Shown: positions 49,702 through 61,474 of the stretch, piece by piece
Position numbering within the stretch: position 1 is the first letter of the stretch
Layout of the letters: each line of letters opens with the position of its first letter
DNA from: Azolla caroliniana
Lineage: Eukaryota; Plantae; Polypodiophyta
Direction of reading: 5' to 3'
Assembly: GCA_043228905.1 (NCBI GenBank)
Contig: JBHGNT010000021.1
Span: 8,866,001 to 8,930,000, forward strand
Length of the DNA stretch: 64,000 bases
Made by a program: the position numbers and the translations under genes
Notes under the pieces: model-generated
What the model was told of the DNA's origin: nothing
Database searches by the model: none
The model's input: the letters and a program-made list of their open reading frames with translations, nothing else

Positions 49702-51654
49702 TTTCTGCACTACAGTCGCTCTGATACCAGATTGTTGAGATCTTGACGCTTTCAAAACCTTCTTCTTCCTCGGCCACAACCGAGGAACCACGAATCAATG
49801 CAGCAGAAAATCGGAAAACACTGAGAGAGACTCGAATACACAGGGTTTAACGTGGAAAACCCTAGACGGGAAAAACCACGGGAGTGCAAGACTCCAACGA
49901 TCACTATATGCAGGGAATGTACAATGGCGAGCTGCAAGGCGACGACCTTGAGCTCGCTGTCCTCGCCACAGGCGGCGGTATTACACAGAGGCGTCGACCT
50001 CTTCCTTTCTCACTCTCTCGGTTGTTCTCACTTCGCTCCCTCTAAGTGAAAAACAGAAAATGAGCAACAACAACAAAACTGTTTGCCCTAAGTCATATTT
50101 ATACACATATGACTTTTCGGGCTATTTACAAATACAGCCTCAAGGGCCCTTGGCAAACATATTCACTAATATGTCCCCGCATCCGGATCTCTCTCCGGGT
50201 ACATTCGTCATCCGGCACCGTAGCCGGGGTCATCATCATCCAGCTCCGTAGCCGGGGTCTTCATCATCCGGCTCCGAAAACGGTTCTTCATCATCCGGCT
50301 CCGGAACCCGGTCTTCATCATCCGTATCCGTAGCCGGGGTCTTCATCATCCGGCTCCGAAAACGGGTCTTCATCGTCCAGCTCCGGAAACTGGGTCTTCA
50401 TCATCCGATTCCCGGACATCCGACCATCCCATCCGGAGGGACCGTAATCCCAACAACTACAACCGACACACATGGATCTACCTCATTGAGCGGAAGAGCG
50501 AAGTCTTCGAGTGTTTCCGGAACCTGCAAAGCCTGGTTGAATGGGAAATGGAGAGGAAGATCAAGTGCCTGCGGTCGGATGGTGGAAAAGAATATTTTTC
50601 CGGTCAATTCAACAGTTATCTGCAGCAAAAAGGAATTCGGAGAGAGTTCAACTGTAGATACACACCGGAGCAAAACGGTGTGGCCGAAAGGAAGAACTGG
50701 TCAATTGTTGATGTAGCAAGGGCAATGCTGGAGGAGAAGAGCATGCCCCATTTCTACTGGGCGGAGGCGGTCCAGACGACGGTCTACATCCAAAACCGGA
50801 TCGGTGACAAGGTGTCCTCGCATGAGCTATATTTCGGGCGCAAGCCGAATTTGAGACACCTTCGGATATTCAGTAGCATTGCATATGTGCATGTGCCGGA
50901 TGAGAAGCGGAGGAAGTTGGATGCAAAGTCGGAAAAATGCATCCTGGTCGGTTACTCGCATGAGCAAAAGGGGTATAAGTGTTATAACCCCTGGACGAAG
51001 CAGGTTTGCGTTAGCCGGGATGTTGATTTTGATGAGACGGTGTCGTGAAGAAAACCGTCCACAAGCGGAATCGGTGCACCGGAGCGTAGGAACCGGCTCT
51101 TCATACACGTGCGCCTTATGTAGTACATAGAAGATCCTCGGTAGGTAGGAAGTTAATAGGAAACGGCTCCTTCCTTGCCTATAAAAGGAGGGAGACAAGG
51201 AAGAGAGAGGGAGCGCGGAGAGTCGAGGACGAAGTGCTGTCGGTTTGTGTGCGAAGGCTTCTCTCTCTCTCTGGTTCGCAAACTCCATAGCTTCCTTCTG
51301 TGCAGGTTTCGGGAGGCTCGCGCTGCTCTGAGGAATGCCCGAGTGCTTCCGGCAGCACCTCCAACCTCCTCCTTCCTTTCTGTGCGTTTGTGAACAGGTA
51401 TCGGCATCTGTTCGCCGGCCTGTTCGGTTGTAACCGACTTCGTGTTTTGGTTGTCTGTCTTTGTTAATACATACATACATCCGTGTCTCTCTGTGTCGCT
51501 GTCCCACTCGCGTCTTTGTGTCGAAGGGCTGTGTCCTTGTGAATCTACTCTCGCACGTAGTGGGTCTCTTCTCCTTTCTCTCTTGCTCTTCGGTACAGGA
51601 CCCCCGAGGTCCCGCCTCATTCCACACATCCGCGAGGAATACCCTTGACATCTT

Positions 51655-51672
51655 TGGTGAACCCGACGTGAA
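51655..51672 (+). other. Primer binding site complementary to the tRNA-Trp 3' end
   Basis: TGGTGAACCCGACGTGAA is the reverse complement of TTCACGTCGGGTTCACCA, the plant cytosolic tRNA-Trp 3' end as I recall it. It lies 4 nt after the LTR. The same arrangement is seen in G2. Confidence 0.85.
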
Positions 51673-51694
51673 GGAGGCGGCAGAAGAGCAGAAG

Positions 51695-53820
51695 ATGAAA
51701 GGGTCGGATCTTGCAGAGGCCATGGTTTTGGCCGTGGATCGGATATTGAGCGCACGCGAGGGCTCCGGCGCCCTCGACAAAGCCATTGAGGCGGTCGTCG
51801 GTACGATCGGCCGGTTCAGCGGAAAGGATGCCACGAAGTATTTGGCATCCTACGGGGCAGAAATGCTGATGCGGGACATTCCGGAAGAGAGGCGTCTTGC
51901 CGGGTTTCCTCGAGTGGCGATGCCGAGCATCCATGCGGAGGTGCTCGAGGTGCGGGCGGAGAGCCGTACCTGGGAGGAGTTCGAAGGCCGACTCCTGGAA
52001 AAATACGGGCTGGACGACGCGCTCCGGCTTTCGAAACGAGACTTAATGGAATGGGTGGAGTCCCCCGGCAAGGGAAGAAACGCGTCGGCACTCCTTCGGG
52101 AGTTCGAAGAACGCTTTGCGCGCCTTTCGGCGCTTGACCGAACCGTTCTGGATACGAGCCGGGTCCTATTGTTCGTCAAGTCGGTGGATGAGCGGGACCG
52201 GGATCAAGTCGGCTCCTTGCTGGAAACCGAAGACGGGCTGACGACCGACTGGGCTGCGGTTAAGAGGGTCTGTGGCCGTTTCGACAAACGACAAGAATGG
52301 GCTGATAACGGGGCGGCCTGTGCGGGGTCTGTCACAGCAAGGAGGCTTGAACCGGCACCGCAAGGGCGAAGGGAAGAAACCCGGGAATGGCTCGAAACCG
52401 GTCCGGCTGCGACCGGCATGGTCAGTGGCTCGTCCGGAGGAGCAACGCTGGAGGAGTTGACGCAGGCGATAAAGGATCTCCAGATCGCCCAGACTCGAAG
52501 GGAAGGCGGCGAACCGGCTCGTGACCGACGGCCGGCAGCAGGGAACAGGTGCATGTGGTGCGACGAGGTCGGCCACATCCGGAAGGACTGCAGCGATTTC
52601 GCAGAAGCGTTGAGGAACCGGGTGGTGTACCTGTGGGAAGGCCGGGTGCACGCTGGCGACACCAGAAGGGCCCTAAACCGAAACGACGGACGAGGAGGTA
52701 TGAAGAGGCTGATGGAAGAAGTAGCGGCCCGACACGTGGAGGCCATCCACTACTCGGCGTCGGCCGGCATTCGGGTCGGGGGCAGCGAGGCCCGAAAGGA
52801 GGGCAAAGACGGATTCTGGTCGGCAATGTTGGAAGGTCTTGCCGGCGCACAGCTAAGGAAAGACGAAACGGACCGCGCTGAGAGACGGGTCCGGGAAATA
52901 ACCGGGTGGAGCGATCCGGTCGAGGAGAAGACGGGCTTCGTAGAAGCCGCCTGCCGGAACTACGAGGCTTTGGTAGAAGACAAGCGAGTGGGGAAAACCG
53001 GAGCGGCCGGGCCCTCACAACGGTACGAGACCCGATTCGGGCAACGATGGAACGATGCCGGTGGGTCCGGCTCGCAAGATAACCCCAGGAAGGGCGGATA
53101 CCGACTAGGGACGGAAATAGAAACGACTACGGACCTACGAAAGGTCCTAGAAGAATGGATCCTCGACAGCAAAGTGGAGTTTCATTGCGGGAGGTGCTAG
53201 GGATCGCCAAGAAGGAGTTCCATGACTCCATTGTGGACCTGGTGAAACGGAAGAGGCTGTCGACGGAGACGGAACCGGAAAGACCGGTGGAGGTGCGGAC
53301 GACGCACATCGACGACATGGCGATGGAAGACGAGTGGGCGGAGAGCCACTATTCGAGGCCACACTGGGCCCGAGCGACCACGGAGACCCCGGTAAAGATC
53401 GGAGATGTTCAGGAACCGGTGGTGGCGTTGGTGGACCACGGTTCGGAAATAAACCTAATGTCCATGGACTTCTATAAGAAGGGAAAGTGGCCGATCAACA
53501 CCAGGCACGGGTGGAAGATACGGGCGGCGACGCGCGCCACCGAGGAACTGCATGGGGCCTGCCCGAATGTGCGAGTAAAGATCGGCGACGTTGAGATTGA
53601 CCAACACTTCTTCGTACAGGAGACGTCCTCGCACCCGGTCATATTAGGGGAACCATACATCACGGCGGCGCGAATGGAGACCACGGTGTTGGACAACGGT
53701 TTGGCCTACGCGAGGGTCAAAAGCCAGGACGGGCGCCTTTCGGTTCAATTTCTGACGGTGCGGCCGAACCACGAGCGAAACCGCGAATCCCTCGGTGGCG
53801 AGAACCGGGAGGATTTTTAG
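51695..53820 (+). pseudogene. G3 Gag-protease ORF, broken by a 1-nt deletion near 53180
   Basis: Zn knuckle CMWCDEVGHIRKDC and protease LVDHGSEIN. The same junction is in frame in G2 (ILDTCVELPLREVLG). Confidence 0.8.
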
Positions 53821-56800
53821 AGAGGGCTGCCAAGGCGTGGGGCCAAGACAGCCCGGACACTCGGGAAAGACCCCACGACTGTACGATAGAACCGAAACCG
53901 AAGGAAACCTGTACGATAGGTAGGAAATTTTGCTTCTCCAACAACGGAGGGTGTATGATAGTCGGCATCGTCGGCCGAGAAAAGACAAGGGCGGAAGTGC
54001 GACTTCGAGCGTGCGGAGTTCTCGGCTCGGACGAGGAAATCAGCGGAGCCGTGGAGGCGGTCTCCTTCGACGACACCTTGGGGATGCTGAGGAAGGTTGC
54101 CGGAGAAGACCTTAACGAAGACCGGACGATACCGGTATGTTCCGAAGAGATGTACGGAGTCATCGCGGACTTCAGTCAAGGGCTCGGGTCGGATCAGACG
54201 GCCCGAGTTAGCACGAGGTACAAGACTGTGGACCGGAAGGTAAGGCCAGTCGCGGCACCCTTGCCGGAGGGCAGCGAGTCCCGAATCAGAGGGGTGGCGA
54301 CCCCAGTTTACGAGATCCGGCCTGCATAGGACACACCTTCACCGACGGGACACTCCGGGAGCTCAAGATCGGTGGGGGCGGGGAGATCCGGCCTGCATAG
54401 GACACACCTTCACCGACGGGACGCTCCGGGAGCTCAAGATCGGTGGGGGCGGGTTCCTACTACAGACGGAGGAAGACCGGTTTCGGAGAATGCTCGGAAG
54501 GCACGGGAAAGCCTTCGCATTCTCGCCGGAAGAGATCGGGTGCGTAGACCCGACAATCGTGGAGCCGATGGTGATATTCACGGTACCGCATGTGCCGTGG
54601 AGTCTCAAGCCGATTCCGGTACCAAGAGCTCACATCCCGAAGTTGATGGAGCTACTGAGGCAGAAAGTCGATATGGGCATTCTCGAACCGTCGAGTGCGC
54701 CATACTCGAACCGATGGTTTACCGTACCAAAGAAGAACGGAACATTGCGCTTCATTCAGGACCTACAGCCGGTCAACAGAGTGACCATTCGGAACGCAGG
54801 AATCGGACCGACCATAGACGAGTTCGCGGAGGCCTTCGCCGGAAGGTCGATTTACTCGGTCGGTGATCTGTACTTGGGGTACGACCAGTTCCAGCTAGCC
54901 GTGGAGAGCAGAGACATTAGGACGATGCGAACTCCCCTCGGCCTAGTGCGAATGTGTACCCTGCCACAAGGAGGGACCAACTCGGTAGCCCACATGGTGA
55001 ATGCAATGAACAAGGTACTGAGGGATTGCATCCCGGACATCACCATGCCGTTTCTAGACGACATCCCGATCAAGGGGTGCCCGGTGGAGGAGAAGGACGA
55101 GACTGTCGGGCCGGACGGATGCCGGCGATTCGTGGCAGCACACATCGACGACTGCGAGAAGGTGCTACAAAGGCTAGAGGATGCGAGGCTCACCTTCTCC
55201 GGGGAGAAATCGGCCTTCGGGCAATCGGAAATCCTGGTGGTCGGACACCTATGTGGACCATATGGCCGGAAGCCGTCTCCGGCAAAGGTAGGAGCCATCT
55301 CCGCGATGAAGACCGACTGTAGCTCGGTTATAGAAGTCCGGAGGTTCCTGGGGGCATGCGCGTTCTACCACATATGGATCCCGCATTACGCCCACGTTGC
55401 AGAGCCGCTATACGGGTTGCTGAAGAAGGGACGAAAATTCGAGTGGCGAGACGAGCACACGGAGTCGGTCCGGAAGCTGAAGGAAGCTCTTGCGGCAGCA
55501 CCAGCGCTCCGGAAGGCTGTCTACGAAAAGGGTACCCCGGTATACATAATGGTGGATACGAGCCCGACCGGGATCGGATGGGTCGTCAACCAAGAAGACA
55601 AGGACGGCATTCGGTTCCCGATCCAATTCGGCGCGAAGGTCCTCAGTGAACGACAGCGAGGGTACGCCCAGGTTAAACGCGAACTCTGGGGAATCGTTTC
55701 GGCAGTAAAGGCCGACAAGGACTACCTGATCGGGACGGAAGTGATTGTCGAGACGGATTGCCTGCCAATTCTCGGCATGGTTTCCGGATGCGCGACACCG
55801 GACCTGGCGATGCTCAGGTGGATAGCGTACATCAAGTCCCTAGACCCGGAAATACGACACATTTCTGGAAAGGACAACGCCATGGCCGACATGCTTTCGA
55901 GGGCGAGGTTTGATGACGAGGGCGGCATGGTTTCGGAGGACGAAGAAGTCGGCGTGGACTTCTTCGAGGCAGCGTACGTGACGACCGATGGGACGAGCAC
56001 TCCGGCACTTAACGACTTCGACGAGAGCAAGTACGACGGCGAGTGGCTCCAGATCGGTGGTTTTTTGAGGACGATGACGCTGGATGCGTCGTGGACGAAG
56101 GACGAGGCCAACCGGATCCGGAAGAAAGCTTACCGATTCTTTCTCCGAGACGGATACTTATGGAAGCACCCGAAGAAGAGGAACGGCGTCCCGCTCCGGG
56201 TGGTGGCGATGAAGGAAGAACAGGAGGAGCTGCTGACGGCTTACCACGACAACCCTTGGGCTGGTCACCGTGGAACGTGGGCCACGTTCGAGAAGATAAA
56301 GGGGAAGTACTGGTGGCTGGGACTGTACCGGGATGTGCATCGGTTCGTGACAACTTGCGAGATCTGCCAGATGCACTCCATAGTTCGGCATCGGGATGAG
56401 CTTCACCCTACGTACCCACCGACCGTCCACTTCAAATGGATGGTAGATCTGGTGACGATGCCGATGGGAGTAGGACAGATGCGGTACCTGGTCCTGGCTC
56501 GGGAAGATCTGACGAACCAGGTGGAAGGCCGAGCCCTTCAGAACAAAACGACTGCAGCCGTATGTCGGTTCCTGATCGAGGACATGATATGCCGGTACGG
56601 GTGCGTCGGGAAGATCGTGGCCGATCGCGGGGAGCTGGACGCCGAAGAGGCCGAGGAGCTGTTCGACCGGCTAGGAGTCAAGCTCTCGCTCACCACTGCA
56701 TACAATCCGGAGGCGAATGGAAAGGTGGAGCGCGGACACGGACCGATCGTGAAGGCGTTAGTTCGGGCATGCGGGGGTCAAGTCGGGAACTGGCCGCGGC

Positions 56801-57381
56801 TGCTGCCTTACGCGTTGTGGGCTGACCGAACTACGCACAGTTCGGTAACCGGATTCATGCCGGCAGAGCTCATGTTTGGGCAGAAGCCGATCATGCCGAT
56901 GGAACGTACGATCTCCTCCTGGGCAACCGTGGACTGGAAAGACGAGATGAGTCGGGAGGAACTGTTGACGGCACGCATACGGCAGCTCGAGCGAAGACCG
57001 GAGGACGTGGAGCAGGCTGCGGAAAAGCTTCGGGTGGCAAGGACGAGGAACAAAGCCCGGTTCGACCGGACGCACCGGCTCCGACCGAAGAAGATCGAGG
57101 AAGGCGACTGGGTGCTAGTCTACGACAGCAGCCTCGACAACCAGCACCGAGCGACAGGGAAGTTCGCAAGAAGGTGGTTCGGGCCTTACGTGGTACAAAG
57201 CGCCAACGACAACGGGACGTACCATCTGGCGGAACTCGACGGTACGAGAATGGCGATACCGGTAGCTGGGAAGCGGATCAAAGCGTTCAAGAAGCGTCAC
57301 CACGACGAGCCGGATCCGGTTGACCTGGACCGGGACGACGAACGATCCGAAACCGAAGAAGAACCGACGGGCGGGGAATAA
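53811..57381 (+). pseudogene. G3 pol (RT, RNase H, integrase); open from 54490, disrupted upstream by a frameshift near 54300 and a 71-bp duplication (54312-54453)
   Basis: Motifs DLYLGYDQ, LPQGGTNS, FLDD, VDTS, HHCC region, VDLV/DRGE/E and GPY; no chromodomain. Confidence 0.88.
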
Positions 57382-60300
57382 AGGCTGGGCTGGTTTTCTC
57401 CGTCTCAACTCAATTTGGCGCATGCCGGTGGATGCACGGTTAGGTGGGGGCGGATGTCGTGAAGAAAACCGTCCACAAGCGGAATCGGTGCACCAGAGCG
57501 TAGGAACCGGCTCTTCATACACGTGCGCCTTATGTAGTACATAGAAGATCCTCGGTAGGTAGGAAGTTAATAGGAAACGGCTCCTTCCTTGCCTATAAAA
57601 GGAGGGAGACAAGGAGGAGAGAGGGAGCGCGGAGAGTCGAGGACGAAGTGCTGTCGGTTTGTGTGCGAAGGCTTCTCTCTCTCTCTGGTTCGCAAACTCC
57701 ATAGCTTCCTTCTGTGCAGGTTTCGGGAGGCTCGCGCTGCTCTGAGGAATGCCCGAGTGCTTCCGGCAGCACCTCCAACCTCCTCCTTCCTTTCTGTGCG
57801 TTTGCGAACAGGTATCGGCATCTGTTTGCCGGCCTGTTCGGTTGTAACCGACTTCGTGTTTTGGTTGTCTGTCTTTGTTAATACATACATACATCCGTGT
57901 CTCTCTGTGTCGCTGTCCCACTTGCGTCTTTGTGTCGAAGGGCTGTGTCCCTGTGAATCTACTCTCGCACGTAGTGGGTCTCTTCTCCTTTCTCTCTTGC
58001 TCTTCGGTACGGTATCATGGTATGCCTTAGCGGCTTCGACTTCCGACCCCGACCCGATATCGGAGGATGAGGCTAGTGAGCCTGAACCAGTCCAGATAGA
58101 AGATGAAGACCTCGACACTCTAGAAGAGAGTCCGATCTCGTTTCGGTTAAGTGGACCGAATGAGCGGCTGAGTAGGGATGACCAGTCGGATGACGAACCG
58201 GCGAGTAGTGGAGACTCTGCCATGGTCTCCCCGTGCAACGAACCGAGGAGAAGGTTCACACGCAAAGAGAAGGGGAAGAAGAAGATGCCGGAATATGAAA
58301 TTGGCAACGTTGAGTCGGATCGAAGCGAATCCGACTTCGGAAAGGATGAAGGCGGATCTTTAGCAACAAAGACCGCACCGGCCAAGAAGGGCCTCAAACC
58401 GGGTAACGATAAGTTACGCCGGTCTTCTCGTCAGAAGAACCCCGTAAAGCGGTACGGGTACAATGAGTACATGGTGCATTACTATGCGTACATGACCAAG
58501 GTGGCGGAAGTGCGTGAGCCGGAGAGCTACGCAGAAGCGGCAAATGACACAAATTGGCGTGCCGCTATGGAGGAAGAAATGCGGGCACTTGATGCCAACG
58601 ACACATGGGACCTAGTTGACCCTACCCAACACTGTAAACCGATCGGATGTAAGTGGGTGTACAAGGTAAAGTACAATGCTGACGGTTCGGTTAACCAACA
58701 CAAGGCCCGATTAGTGGCGAAGGGATATGCGCAGACCCATGGAATCGACTACGATGAGACCTTCGCTCCAATAGCGAAGATGACGACGGTTCGTGTGGTG
58801 CTGACGGTTGCTGCGGCAAGGGGGTGGCATCTTCACCAGATGGACGTTATACCAGCATGGTATAACCGAAGAGATAGTCGGCTACACCGATGCCGACTGG
58901 GCCGACGATGCATTGGATCGCCAATCCATCTCCGACTATATGTTTTCCCTTGGTAGCGTGGTTGTTGTGTGGAGCAGCAAAAAGCAGCTAATAGTGGCCC
59001 TTTCGAGCACTGAGGCTGAATACCGGGGCACCACCGTTGCCACTTGTGAAGCCATTTGGCTTCGACAACTGTTGCAAGACCTGCAGATCGAGGTGCCGAC
59101 CCCGATCCTGATCTACTGCGACAACATAAGCAGCATGCAGCTGGCCAAGAACCCCATATTCCATGCTCGCACAAAGCACATAGAAGTGCACTACCACTTC
59201 GTGCGTGAGTGTGTCTTGAGTGGTGAAGTCGAACTTCGGTATGTTCATACGGATCGGCAAGTTACCGACATCTTCACCAAACTGCTCAGAATGGACAAGT
59301 TACAACACTTCACCGAAATGCTTGGTGTTCAGCATCTCGACGTTCCACACTTGAGGGGGAGAATGGGCAAAGAGGGCAAAGACACCGGAACGGGCAAAGG
59401 CAAAGAAACTATTGATTGCACCGGTGAGGGAAGAACCGACAAAGGGAGAGATAAGAAGAAGAAAGGAGCCGAGTCGACAAAGGAAGTCGACACATCCGAA
59501 CAAGTCGGAACAAGCGGCAACGACGGTAGAGTTAAGAAGGACAGAGCCGACCGGAAGAAGAAGGCCAAGACCCGGACATGGTTTGATGTGGTGAAGGGCC
59601 TGGAACCGGAAGACGAATCGGGATTAACCGATTCAGACAAGAGTTGGAACGAATCGGAGACAGCAGATTCAGAAGAACCGGATCAATTCAAGGCCAAGAG
59701 GACGAGAAGGCAGCGAAAGTCGATGCCAACATGAAGGAATCGGCGAATCGGCTAGCGCCAAAGTCACAGTAGTGATGAAGCCGAATTGGGCATGTTGAGC
59801 AGACAAGCCGACCGAGGAGGTCGAGGTGCGCAGGAACATAAGGGTCGCGGCAAACGGGACCGAACCGGACGAGGAGCGTGAGCGAGGCGGAGTGACGCCA
59901 GAAGGAGCCAGGTGGAAGGACCAGCTGCCATGGAGATTGACACTACGATCCGACCTCAAGTTGAGCTTCAGGGGGAGTGTTGAGTGGCAAGCTCAACCGG
60001 ATCCGGATCGGTTGAATAAGCCCGAGCCGGATCGGCATCCGGAAGGATGAGCCGGATCAGTGAGACGGTGAGCAAGTGAGCCGATGAGCTGGGGAGTCGG
60101 TTAGCCGGATCAAGCAGTAACCGGAAGCCAAGTAGCAGCTAGACTACTAGGTAGTTAAGGTCTTGTAGTTAGTGTTAGATGCTCGTGTGAGCATTGAAGT
60201 ACACCGTACTTCTGTTAGTTCGTATGGACTTGTATAAAAGTGTTCACTGAACACATACGATGTATAGAGTATTACAGAGTTTTAGAGTTATTTTGAATAT

Positions 60301-61474
60301 AGTCTTATGTTTTGCTCTTCCTCTCTCTCTATGTCTCTCCCGTGTACTATGTATATTCAACCTCTCCATTAAACCTACGTTTTTGTGTTTTTCGGTTTTC
60401 TATTGCTTCCGACACTATTCTTTCACATTGTTGCTCTATCCAAAAATTCCGTTTATCACAACACCTCCAAGCATATTGACGTTCGATATCACTTTGTTTG
60501 GGACTGCGTCATTTTTGGGAAAATCGGCCTTGAGAAGATATCTACAACTGATAATGTCGATGATGGGATGACCAAGTGTCTTTCGGCAGATCGATTCCGA
60601 TCCCTTCGGCACTAGATGGGTGTAATGAAGTATTAGTCCAAATGAGTAGGACACTCGGGACGGTTTCGGACAATCAACATCGACAGTTCAAGACTCGGCT
60701 TTAGCTTCTCCGACCCCAGACAACTCGGGCTCAGCCGACCCGAACAAAAGTAGACTTGTTCGACAACCTTGTATAAATCTATATTTCTTTTCCTTTATTA
60801 GAGATTTCTTGTTGTATACGCCCATTACGGGGGAGTGTCGAATACTGGTCTATAATGGTGTTGTGAAAATCTGACACTATGTGCGGATCGTGAGACGGAA
60901 CCGCTGGGGTTCTGGACTAGAAGGATTTAGTGCAACACGTACAACACAAGCAAGTTTTAAGCATAAGACAAGTGGGAGAGACAAATCATTAGTTTATTGC
61001 AAAAGAAAATCGATTCTTTATAATTTCAGAATTGTGTTACAATGGGTTGGGTATGGATATGAGAGATTATTTTTTCAAAGAAAGGAGCCAACAACCATGC
61101 AAGGAGTGGTCTGATATGAATACAAGAGATAATTTTTGACAAGAAAGATTGAGTAAACAAAGCTAGGAGTTTGATATCAATATGTGAGATAATTTGTTTC
61201 TCGAATCCGAGAGGGAAGAAGAAGGAAGGAAATAAAAAGTAGAGGGAAAAAAATGGGACATGTATTCAGCTCTTTGTTGATCCCCCTTCCCAATGTTACT
61301 TTGCATGTCCACTTTTAGTTGCATGGCCTCTATTTTTAGTTGCATAGTCTCTACTTTTAGTTGCATGCTTCCATTTTTAGTTGCATGCCTTTTACTTTTA
61401 GTTGCATGCGACCGTCCGTATAATTCGGCCAAATGACCCAATCATCCATAAAGTTTAGCTCGTGTGCAATCCGT

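Larger units (their letters stand above)
44895..50455 (-). mobile_element. Ty1/copia C, structurally intact, recent
   Basis: 723-bp LTRs at 44895-45617 and 49733-50455 with 3 visible differences. TSD ACTAC at 44890-44894 and 50456-50460. iMet PBS 49718-49729. PPT 45618-45627. Confidence 0.97.
51041..58008 (+). mobile_element. Ty3/gypsy G3, near full-length, non-chromovirus type, tRNA-Trp primed
   Basis: 5' LTR 51041-51650. PBS 51655-51672. The 3' LTR (57455-58008) lacks the last 56 bp, with about 6 differences in 554 bp. ACGG flanks both sides (51037-51040, 58009-58012). Domain order is gag-PR-RT-RH-INT. Confidence 0.95.
42721..60427 (+). mobile_element. Ty1/copia A2, full-length but degenerate; host to Copia C and Gypsy G3
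   Basis: LTRs 42721-43171 and 59978-60427 (about 5% different by eye). TSD TTGTT at 42716-42720 and 60428-60432. iMet PBS 43172-43183. Gag from 43254. Integrase split twice. RT core deleted at ~58847. Confidence 0.95.

Noticed and set aside
45733-49746. Many antisense and overlapping ORFs in Copia C, and likewise in G3
   Set aside because: These are expected shadows of GC-rich coding sequence and carry no recognisable motifs.
51290-51600. Splice-like signals (TGCAG|GT, AACAG|GT, pyrimidine tract-TACAG) in the G3 LTR
   Set aside because: They are not clearly conserved in the other LTR copies, and pyrimidine-rich U5 regions generate such sites by chance.
53155-53200. Frame change between G3 gag and protease as a programmed frameshift
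   Set aside because: The junction is in frame in G2, so a 1-nt deletion explains it.
57589-58956. 455-aa ORF
   Set aside because: It is a chimera of the G3 3' LTR read in frame into Copia A2 integrase/RT, with no evidence of being a gene.
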